Positions 50,301-61,438 of a DNA stretch of 64,000 nt are shown in pieces (positions within the stretch are counted from its first letter, which is position 1; each line of letters begins with the position of its first letter). This DNA is from Cenococcum geophilum (lineage: Eukaryota): contig CP158635.1 of the NCBI GenBank assembly GCA_050273025.1, positions 17,484,001 through 17,548,000 on the forward strand, in the 5' to 3' direction. A program made the translations under genes and the position numbers. A model generated the notes under the pieces. That model searched no databases and had not been told where the DNA came from. It saw only the letters and a list, made by a program, of their open reading frames with translations.

Positions 50301-52125
50301 AGAAGTACTCACAGATTATAATAATCTAAAGGGTTTTATGAAAGTAAAAGCCCTTAATGGACGGCAGGCCAGATAGGCTATAGTATTAGCTATCTATAAC
50401 TTTGTAATTAAGTATAGGGCGGGAAAAACAAACCCCGCAGACGTGCCGTTAAGGTAACCCCTAGGCGCAGGGGGTCCGCTAGAAGAAGACACTATGCTAC
50501 TATTACTCTAAAGGACTTTGGGAATATAGGGCCACTAACCTAAGGTAAAAGTCCTATTAGGTGTACAAGAAAACGAGCCTTCTATAGAGGTGTCGTTTTT
50601 ACGGCTATAAGCCAGCGACCCGACGGCGGTACGCTTAGGCTATATAGCATTACGGTTCGACTGGGCAACCTATACGTATGCCGTTAAGCAGCGTATAATA
50701 AGGACCCAAGTTAGAGAAGCTAGTACTTAAGAGAGTGCTTACAAGTCCAGTACGGAAACAGTCGTCGAGCTTATTAAAGGACTTTAGACTAAAGATGACT
50801 TTATACTACAAAAGCGCAGCGACAGCGTAGATACTACGAGATGCCGTCAACGCGCCTGCTTAAAGCTAGTGTAGCAGTTTAATTCCGCTAGACTACTTTA
50901 TCACCGCGGGAGGCTATATATGCCCCTAGACCTAGCGGTTTATATAGAACCCCTATAGATCTACTACGATAATACCCTAGCTGGGCACTTTAGTAAGAAA
51001 AAGACTCTAGATTTACTCTCGCGTAAGTACTACTGGCTTAGTATAACTGCGGACGTTATAAACTATATCTCTACCTATAATCTATACTAGCGTATACGTA
51101 CGCCTTAATATCGCCCTTATAGCGAGCTCTAAGCGCTGCCTTGCCCAGATTAGCTGTGGCAGAAGATTATAATGGACTTTATTATAGGCCTACCGCCTAG
51201 CAAATAAGGCGAGAAGGTGTATAATACAATATATATAATAGTCAACCGCTATACTAAGATGGCCTTATATCTACCTATAGTAAAAACTATTACTATAACC
51301 AAACTTGCGGATCTCTTCCTTAACGAAGTAGTACGCCGTTTTAGAGCCCCTAGGGGGATTATATCTAATTAAGGCAGTATCTTTACTAGTAAGTTCTGGT
51401 TGGAGCTATGCTTTACTACAAAGATTAAACGTAGGCTAAGTATGGCCTTTTACCCGTAAATAGACGGGTAAATAGAACGCCAGAACCAAACCTTAGAGTA
51501 TTACCTCCGTGTATTCTATAATAAAAAGCAAAGCAACTAGGCAGGCCTTTTATTGCTAGCCGAATTCGCCTATAATAATGCTAAATATAGCACGACGGGT
51601 ATAAGCCCGTTCTATACCTACTATAGGTTTCACCCCCATCTAGAATACAAGGTCTAGGCGGACAATAGTAGCTCTATTCTAGCCGCCTCTGAGAGGATTA
51701 AAAGAATATCCCTTAAACGCGAGGCGCTAGCAAAACGCTAGGAACACGCTGCCAAGGCGTAGGCGAAATACTATAATCATTATCACTAACTATAGGCATA
51801 CAAAGTAGGGGATCTAGTCTTGCTATTAACTAAGAACCTTAAACTAAAAAGGCCAAGTAAAAAGCTTACAGCACGCTTTATTAGACCTTTTAGTATAGCT
51901 AAACCAGTCGGAAAGCAAGCATACCGGCTATATCTACCTACGTCTTACCGTATTCACCCAGTGTTCTATATTAGCTTGCTAGAGCTATACAAACAACGTA
52001 AGGGCACTACTAGAGACCCTCTACCAGGGCCTATTAAGCTAGACGATAAAGGGGACCAAGAGGACCGGTACGAGGTAGAAGAAATACGTGGAAGGAAGGG
52101 ACGCGACCAGACCCTGCAATTCCTG
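47372..52125 (+). pseudogene. gag-pol of Gypsy Z ending in a truncated chromodomain
   Basis: ATG at 47372. Gag knuckle ..KPGYWWRKC, protease MLNLGAEVN (LDSGA), RT VYLNNI (~49640), RNase H TNAS/NYKTYN*ELLAI, integrase, RPSKKLTARFIRPF (GPY/F), then RYEVEEIRGRKGRDQTLQFL, which breaks off. Confidence 0.92.
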
Positions 52126-52652
52126 CACTTAGAGCAAGGGAAAGTCTTCGCCCTTTGGGCGCTGGCGGAGACCGTGCTTGGCGCCGGTGCGCACTAAGGC
52201 CTCAACATCCTTCGTGAAGGACTTCTGGGCGGCAGCGACGCGAGCATCAAGGTCAGCCGTGTCCCCGCCAGCAACCCGCCGGCGCTCAGCCCTGTCAATG
52301 AGGGCGAGCAGCTCGTTTAGGCGGCCATGGAAGGCCTTAGGGACCTAGTCTATTAGCCATCAAAACCTAAACCAACGCACTTAGACGTACTAGTTGGCAT
52401 GACTTATTTAGTCATCGGCAGTACCCGCAATTGCGGTTAGCCTACTTACCGCAGGTAGCCCGCCTAGCAGTAGCTACATACTTGGCGTAACGGAGGCAGA
52501 TTAGTTCCAGCAAAGCTAGGGAAGCGGCTTACGAGCGGCGTGGGAGCTTCGACGGCGCCTAATAGGGTTAGTAACAGCTACAAGCTAGTATAAAAAATAC
52601 TTACGGAAGACTCGCAAGCAGGCAAACCAACGGCTTAGCGCTTGCGATTTAT
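52121..52652 (-). pseudogene. Antisense, spliced Zn2Cys6-like gene carried by Gypsy Z (3'-truncated)
   Basis: Exons 52652-52605, 52558-52391, 52344-~52121, all phase 0. Two 46-nt introns GTAAGT..TACTAAC..TAG and GTACGT..GCTAAT..TAG; TATAAA ~100 nt upstream. Exon 2 reads APSKLPRRS*AASLALLELICLRYAKYVATARRATCGK*ANRNCGYCR*LNKSCQL; five Cys are intact and the sixth is TAC, a G->A change from TGC. Confidence 0.8.
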
Positions 52653-55600
52653 AATTAATTAGAAGTCATAAAGAAGGCGAGTTATAGGCTAAACAAATCA
52701 AGATGGAATTAGAAGGGAAATCTAATGTCCTATCTAGGTGGGAACTCCTACCTTTATAGATCTCTACAAGGTCCTATTATTACATTATCCTATTATTATA
52801 TTACCCTATTATTACATTATCTAATTCACTTAAATTTATCAAAAACTTTTTATTTAGAGAAGGGCAATAATAGCACTCCTATTATATAATAGCGTCGGCT
52901 AAGGACAGCCGCTTAAGAAGGGGGGGGCAATTGTTAGGCCATAGAGACGCACTAGCCGTAACCAGCTTAGCGCAGGTAAGGCGCAGGCAAGGCGCCTACA
53001 AAACATAGTCGCCCCGCATCAGAAAACAGCAGAATTCAGTTCTACAGTTCTACTTCATTAAGAACCAGATACTCTTCGCATCCCGTTACTATTATTATGT
53101 TACTACATGCCCTAAGGACCTTGGCGTCCTAACAAAAGCTAAATAGGGGTAAGAAAGAACCGCTTAACACTATTAGTACTTACGCTACTCGCTACCACCA
53201 TTAAATCCGCATAGGCGATGTGAAGAGACTTTATAGTATTAATGCTTAGCCTAGATATTAGCGGCGCCTATAATAACATACCCTATAAGCGTTTCCTATA
53301 TATCCTTAGAGCAAAAGGCTTCCTAAAATGGATTATATAATTTGTTTAAGGATTTATAGGTTAGAAAGAAACATCACTAATCTTTAGCGGATACTAGAGC
53401 CCCCCTATTACAGTTATAATAGAAATACTATAAGGATTACCCCTCTTACCTATACTCTTCCTTTTCTTTATAAGCAACCTACTTAACTCCTTTAAGAAAG
53501 GGGTAACCTAGGGGATAGGCTTTATTAATAATACAAACCTAATTATATACGGGCCAATAGCTGCAAAGAATTACAGAATACTAGAGAAAGCTTATAACAC
53601 CTATATAAAATAGGCAAGACAATATAGAGTCCAATTCTTACTAAAGAAATACTAGCTAATCTACTTTATAAGAAAACGCAACTAATCTGTAGATCTCTAG
53701 TATATAATTTATATCTAAGGCTTTAGGGGTTAACCAGTTTAGGGCTTAAGGGTATTAGGAGTATGGGTAGACAGTAAGCTCCAGTAGAGCGTATATATAG
53801 CGTAAGCGGCCTATAAGGGCTAAGTATAGTACATCGCATTATCCAGGATTGTTAATTTCACATAGGGTCTATACTTTTAGAGGTTACGCCTACTATATAT
53901 AGCAGTTATCCGGCTAACTATAACATATAGGTCTAGTATTTAGGCCATTAGAGAATCTAAGAAAGGCCCCCTTAAATCGCTCTATAAACCACTCTAAAAG
54001 GTCTAAATAGCCTACCTTTAAAGTATAATAGGCGGATATAAGTAAACGGCCATAGTACTGCTTAAAAAGGAAGCTAATATTCCCCCCCTATAACTATATA
54101 TTAAAGCCGCTATAATATAAAGGGCGTAAAATAAATATAACTCTAATATTATAAAGTATATTAAGACACGCCTAAATAAACTATAGAGGGATTTTAGGGC
54201 GCCCTATAGGAGAACAAACTAATAACCCTAAAGTAGGGAAGATATATTAGAGAAATAGGTAAAGAAAGCAGAAGAAGAATAGTGCTGCTTTAGGGCCTAG
54301 GCCTATATAGAGGAGAAAGGGAGACGTATAAGAGGCCAGTAAAAATAATAATAAGAGAGAGAAAAGAGCTAAAGTAGAGTATAAAAGAACGCTAGGAAAC
54401 TATCTACCGTAATATAATACTGGCTGGACTAACGCTAAAGAGGTATATAGGAGTTGAAGGTATAGAGGCTAACTAAGGCAAGAGGAACCTAAGCTGTAGC
54501 ATGGTTAACGCTATATAGGGTAAATACTTTAGGGCTCTAAGAAGGCCTAATAAAGGTAGAAAATATAATAGCAACACTCTTAAGAACAGAAATAATAGGA
54601 CTAAAAGACTAGCTCTACTGGGTGGGTATTCTAGTAAATAGCCTAAAATACAAATATAGCTGGCTAAAACAGACACCAAAATATATAATACTGTTATGCC
54701 CCTTATACACCAACTAAAAAGTAATGCTCTTAGTAGCTAGCACAGAGAACTATAATATACTACTCTTAATATAAAAAGGCCTTAAGGCGGTTACCTAGTG
54801 GCTTATTAGCTAAAATATACTAAACCAGTTCCGGGTTATAAGGGAAATAGTAATAGAGGGTAGGGGGGGCAAGCAACGGGCGCCCCCTAATAACTCTACA
54901 GTAGTAGAGTAAAGTTTGCGATACTAGTGCATCCGTAGGCTTATTACGGCAGCAGTGGTTCCTAAAAAGGTTAAAAAGTAAGGTAGTAGAGTACTATAGG
55001 TAACTCGTAGGCGCCTTATAGGCGCCTTATAGGCGAGTCCTAAAAGGCAGAGAGATAGATTACAGGGTTTTCTTAAATAGAGTTTTCTCCCTATATATAT
55101 ATAAGGAGTAGTCCGCGTAGGCCTAATGGATCTAAATCGGACGTTAAGCAATAAATAATAATAATATTCCTTACTAGCTACTATATTAAACCCAAAGAAT
55201 AATCTAATACCTATACTTAACCTATAACGCCAATCAATCCTAAAAGAATTTAATTTATTAGCCCTAACCCTTAAGGAGATAGACACTAATAATATCTTAT
55301 CTTTTATTAACTATATAACTACGGATAAGCAAATAAAAAGGCTATTACCTATTAAAATTAAAATATAAGACGCTAAAACATTTATAAAAATAGTAGTACA
55401 AAACCCTAATAAATACTACCGCCTTTTATAGAACTACTACCTAAAGCTTACACGAGCTAAGATGCGTACTACCTAAGATCGCGATATTATCTAAGACCTA
55501 TAAGCTTATAAGGCGCTCGCTAATAATATACGTTAAGAAACTAAAAATAACCTCTATGTATCTAAACGTAACGTTTAACAGTTAAAGAAGAATAAGATTA

Positions 55601-58600
55601 TACTAATTACTACAGTTACTAAAAAAGAAGGCATAATTAAATACCTATAATCTTAGCTTAATGAGTATATTTGTAATAACGCTAGATATCTCTTTACTAT
55701 ATATAACGCCACCTAAGTCTTTACGCCCCTAGTAACTTTACCTACTTAACGCTTAATAGAGGGTTAGCGCTAAGTAGCTTTACCTAATAGGAACCCCTAC
55801 TAAAGCAGCGATAATAAAAGCTATAATAATTAGACCTAAACTACTACTATAGGATCTAATATACGCTACCCTAATCCCCTAGTCTTTTAAGGAGACCGTA
55901 AGGAATATAGCTACTAGAAAATATAAATCCGTAAGAAACTAACTTAGAGCGCCTACCTTTTTCCTATAGAAGATACTAAGATTGGCTATATTATTAGGCG
56001 AATAAAGGGTATACTATTTAATAGACTCTTCGCCTAATAGGAGACTAGTAGCCCCTAAAAGTAGTAGTCTTACTAAGAAGTCCTTAATAATCTTAACCTA
56101 ATATACCGTAACTATAACCTACTGGCCACTAACCGAGCTAAACTACGTGCCCTAAAGATAAGCCCTACTAAATTATTTAATAAGTTCTATATTAAATTCT
56201 AAAAATATACTAAAGCCCTTACCTAAGATAATACTAAAGACTAAGAGGATCTTATTAAAAAAGTTACTTATCGCCTTAGTTACGCAGCCGCTAGCTATAA
56301 CTATAATAATATTTATAAGATAGTAGCAGCCCTATAGACGATTAAATAACAACTAAATTAGATTACTACTACTAACCCTTACTTAAAGACCTCTTTATAA
56401 AAGCCCTTTAGGCCTACTAAACCTATATATACTAAGCTACCGACACCTATTACCTTAAGTACCACTAAAGCTAATATTAACCTCTCTATACTAACCTTTC
56501 CGTAAAAACTCCTAGATAAAGAGCGCGAGCTACTCCAGAAATTAGGACGCTGCTATAGATGCTATTAAGAAGGCTATTATTACGATAACCCAAACTACCT
56601 AATAGCTAGATTTAGTACCCGCCGCCTAATACCTAACTTAATACCCCAAACACTAAATACGTCGCTATATACCACTACTATATAAGATAAAGACATAGTA
56701 ATAGTAGTAGAATTGGATACGGAAGCGGAAAACGCTAAGTCCTAGCCCTAAGTCGCGGGTTAGGACGCCCTAATAATAGGGGGATCTATATATTAGCCTA
56801 CTTAATAAATAACTTAATAAAGATAAACGGACAGAAATAGATAGTTTTACCTATAATAGGAACTACTGCCACAAAATAATATAAAAGCCGTTCTATAATT
56901 AACTGCAAAGCTATTAACTAATTTATAGATACCTAACTTGTATATACTTATAACCTACCTACCTTACCCCTTACTAAAGCCCGCGCCTTATAACTCGCTA
57001 ATAGTAGTTATACCGTATAGAAGATTACCTATATAGTATAACTCTACTTAGATATAAACGGGCACTAGGAAGAGCTTTAGGCCTATATTATATTACTTAC
57101 TAACTACCCTATTATCCTTAGAATAAGCTAGCTTAAATAATATAACCCTGCTATTAACTAGGAAAAGAGAAAAGCAACCTTTAACTCTAAATACTATAGA
57201 GAGACTTGCCTAGGATATGGCCTAGCCGCCTCTATTTACTTACTAGGATATTAACCTAAGAAACCCCTTATTATCCTACCTACGACTAACTACTACTACG
57301 TAAGTGCCGCAGCCTTCTACCGTATAGCACGTAAGAAAGGCTAGACCGTTACTATAGCTTCCTAATTATAACTATATAAGCTTAATAAAGAATAGGACTA
57401 CGTCCTCTATAGTAATAGAATAGATATAGTTAACCTTCTAAAAGATAACGCCCCTATAGAACTCTATAAACTTTTACCTTTAGACTTTAAGAAGTTTATA
57501 AAACTTAAAAAAGGACTTACCAACGAAGAACTCCGCAAGCTCCTCCCTAAGAGGTATTATAACTTTATTAACATATGCTTATAAAAGGGCGTAGATATAC
57601 TCCCCCTATATTAACCTAATAACTATACTATTAACATTAAATAAGGAAAAACGCTATTTTATAAGAGACCCTACCTAATATTAAAAGACGAACTTTTAGT
57701 TATAAGAAAGTATATTAACGAGCACCTTAATAAAGGGTTTATTCGTCCTAGCATATTACTAGTAGCTGCCCCTATCCTTCTTGCTAAGAAGCTAGGAGGA
57801 GGTATTTAATTCTACGTTAACTATAAAGGACTTAATACTATTATAATTAAAAACTAATACCTAGTACCACTTATACGGGAGACCCTTAAGCGGCTTAGCC
57901 AAGCTAAAATTTATACTAAACTTAATATTATCGCCGCCTTTAACTATCTTTAAATACGGGAAGGTGATAAATAGAAAACCGCATTCGTATTACACTTTAG
58001 CTAATTTAAATATACCATTATACCCTTTAGTATATATAACGGCCTAGGTACCTTCTAAAGCTATATTAATAACGCATTATAGAACTACCTTAATAACTTC
58101 TGCTCCGCGTACCTGGACGATATACTTATTTATAGTAATAACCCTTCTAAGTATACCGAACACGTTTAAAAGGTCTTATAGCGCCTTAGGGACGCAGGAC
58201 TTTATATTAATTTAAAGAAATATAAATTCTTAGTTACAGAAGTAAAATAACTTAGACTAATTATTACTACTAAGGGTATTTTTATAGACCCTAAGAAGGT
58301 ATATATAATTACTAAATAGCAAGCCCCTAACTGTATTAAGGACGTATAAGCCTTCCTTAGTTTCGCTAACTTCTATTAGAAATTTATATATAACTTCTTA
58401 GGCGTAGTAGCACCACTTATAGCAATAATATAAACAAAGGGCCTTTTTATAAAAGGAAGAAAAACGTACCTACGCTTTACCTAGACGCCTAAATACAAGA
58501 AGGCGTTTTAAGACCTTAAAAATGCCTTTACTAAAGCACCTATCCCAGCCTACTTTACACTAGGATAATAACTCTATTTTAAAACCAACTCCTTAGACTA

Positions 58601-61170
58601 CGTTAATGTAGGCGTCCTTTCCTAAATAGGCGATAACGGTTTTCTTTACCTAGTCGCATTCTACTCGTCTAAGCTTATACTATAAGAATATAACTATAAG
58701 ATCTATAATAAAGAACTCCTTATAATTATATAAGCATTTAAAGAATTTTAACTAAAACTCTTCTTAGTAGAGCCTAACTAGCTAACTAAAGTCCTTACAG
58801 ACTATCGCAACCTTAAGTACTTTATAACTATAAAGTAGCTAAACTAACGCTAAGTATATTAGAACAAGTTCCTCTCTAGTTTTAACTTTAAAATTATATA
58901 TAGACTAGGAGTATAAGGTACTAAATCTAATAGCCTAATACGCCGCTCGTAAGACCTTCCTTAGTCTAAAGATAACCCCTATAATTAGTTCCAATAATAG
59001 ATAATCCTAAAAGTATAAAATTTAGCCCTAGGTATACTACCTACAATAGAGCTAACTATACCTTAGCTTTATACTATAGAACTAAAGTTACCTCCTAAAA
59101 TTAATAAGCTTATTACTACGGTATGTAACACCTCTGTTAACCTATTACTATATTAACTTATTACCGTAAAGACCGCTAGCGCCTATATACTACCTACTAA
59201 CCTTTAAAGCTTAGGCTAGATTAATATAGTAGCCTTAAAAGTAAAAAAGAACAGGCTCTATTATAGAGGTCGCCTATTTATCCCTAACTTAAAAAATCTA
59301 TAATAGTAACTAATCTAAATAGCCCACGACCTTTAATTAAGCGGCTACCTAGGTAAAGGAGGAACCTATAAGCTTCTTAGCCGATATTACTTCTGGCTAA
59401 AAATAATAGACTTAGTTAAACGCTTTATAAGCGCCTACTATAGTTATAAGTGCGCTAAGGCCTTTAATATAAAGTACTAAGGACTACTATACCCTTTATT
59501 AGTACCTATATAACAATAGGCAGATATTATTATAAATTTCGTTGTTAACCTACTACCCTATAAACGACACGGCCGTACCTATAAGAATATCCTTATAATA
59601 ATATACCGACTTATAAAAGAGCGCCACTACGTCCCAACTAAAGGCGTAGCTGTTAGCGACGTTACTAACGCCTTCCTTTGCGAAGTTTACTAACTATATA
59701 GGTTACCTAACTTAATTACGTCCGACTAAGGTATATAATTTAACTCTAATATATAGAGACGAATCTACTAACGCCTTAGCATCTCCGTTAAGATATCTAT
59801 ATCCTTTTACTATAAAACTGCTAGATAACTAAAAAACGCTAATGCTAGTATAAAAGCGTACCTACAATAGGTAGTTGCCTATAGTTAAGATAACTGGGTA
59901 GATTACCTCCTACTAGGTAAATTTATAGTAAATAACTACGTCTTAACTACTATAGGACTTACCCCGTTCTTTATAAATAAGGGTTATTACCCCTAATCTA
60001 GTATAGAGCTACTAGAACCTATTAATAAGAAACTACTATATAGAAAACGCCTTAAGATGCTACTTACCGACTAGTATACAAACCGTATAAAAAATCTACT
60101 TAACTACTATAAGGGAGAAATAGCTTAGGCTTAAGTAAAGTAGGCCTACTTCGCTAACTGCTATAAAACGCCACTACTAGAGATGCGTGTTAGCAACTAG
60201 GTATAGCTAGATATATATAATATCTCTATATAGAGGCCTATAAAGTTACTTAATTATAAGAACCTTAGCCCCTATTTAATTAAATAAGTTATTAATAGGG
60301 GAGCCGTATATAAGCTAGAACTTCTACCTACCCTAGCTACCCGTGGGATATAGTCTGTATTTTACCTATAGCTACTACACCTCTATTAGCCTAACCCCTT
60401 ACTAGGGCAGATATAGCCTAAACCCCTACTAGTACTAATCCAAGATAAGAATAAAGATAAGAACTATAAGGAGTGGACTATTAAACGAATTATCAACTCT
60501 AAATACTTTAGTAAAGGTAGAGGACGACGGCTCTACTACAGAGGGATTTGATATAGATTAGCCAGAATGGTAACTATAAGAAGACTTTAAAAATGCAAAG
60601 GATCTAATTAGTGACTTTTACTATATAAACCTATAGAAACTAGGCTTAAGTAGAGATTTTATACCCAATCCTCTATGGGAGCCCTTATAGAGTTAAACCG
60701 TTATACATTACTATATAAGGGTAAATTGCTATTAAATTGCGGTAAAGTGCGATTACGTGACCGGAATATTATTAAGATATTTAGGAACTTTAACCGGCGG
60801 TTAAAGTTATCTAATTGGTTAGATTCTTAGATGCCAAGCCTTATTATATAATGTTGTTTTAAACCTTTAATAATACCCCCCTTTCTTCTTTTTTATACCT
60901 TAAGTGTCCCTTTTATATATATATAGTAACCACAGCGTCGCCGGAGCTCCGCCTCTATAGGAGGGGGGGTAGTATTACGGAACCCTACCGCAGGGGCCTC
61001 TATAGGAGAGCCCCGTGCTCTCGCGTACACCTCGCATATAGCTTATGTCAGCTATACGTAGGTATATCACCTCCTTACGCCCTCGACCCTTACGATTAAT
61101 CGCGCAACGTTTTATAGACTCCTTAAATATATATACTCTATAGCTACTACCTACGTTCTATAACATCCTA

Positions 61171-61438
61171 GTACTATATTATTTAAGAGGCAGCTAATAG
61201 TTCTAGCTATTTCCTCTATTATTATATCGCTATTAACCTATAGGCGAGTTACTAGTGTTTTACCTATAATATTACTAAGGTCTACTAGAGCTAGTTAGGG
61301 GAAGAACTTTTTTATAAAAATCTTTACCTTCTTATTATTATTATTAGTAGCCTATAATTCCCCTACTCTTTATAGGGGCGGTAAATATAGGTCTTCTACT
61401 AGGCGCCCTACCTTTTTTTTAATACCCATTTTACTATA
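61171..61438 (-). mobile_element. Tad1-like LINE copy D fragment, right part
   Basis: Reverse complement of the ORF2 segment at ~38260-38525. Ends abruptly where the Helitron-like sequence begins. Confidence 0.82.

Larger units (their letters stand above)
47033..53134 (+). mobile_element. Ty3/Gypsy chromovirus Z (6.1 kb) with an internal 3' deletion
   Basis: 203-bp LTRs at 47033-47235 and 52932-53134, TSD AAAGC, PPT AAGAAGGGGGGGG at ~52915-52927. Inserted in the LINE C RT region; the empty site TAAAGCTAAATAGGGG is seen in LINE B at ~38805. Confidence 0.95.
43487..55160 (+). mobile_element. Full-length Tad1-like LINE copy C (interrupted by Gypsy Z)
   Basis: 17-bp TSD ATAATATTCCTTACTAG (43470-43486 / 55161-55177). 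Colinear with copy B along its length, differing mostly by transitions. (TAA)n tail. Confidence 0.93.
43142..61165 (+). mobile_element. Ty3/Gypsy chromovirus Y (interrupted by LINE C), RIP-degraded
   Basis: 193-bp LTRs at 43142-43334 and 60973-61165, TSD TCCTA, PPT GGAGGGGGGG at ~60960-60969. Gag CCHC (~56550-56600), GGAAAAC slippery-like site ~56727, RT AYLDDI (~58107), RNase H, integrase and chromodomain-like EWTIKRIINS (~60470). Confidence 0.94.

Noticed and set aside
51820..52197. 125-aa ORF as an independent gene
   Set aside because: It is the C-terminal integrase/chromodomain remnant of Gypsy Z running into the deletion junction.
60690..60972. Antisense accessory gene in Gypsy Y
   Set aside because: Only ~280 bp lie between the chromodomain and the 3' LTR, with no splice signals or Cys motif. 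The accessory gene is not universal among these elements.
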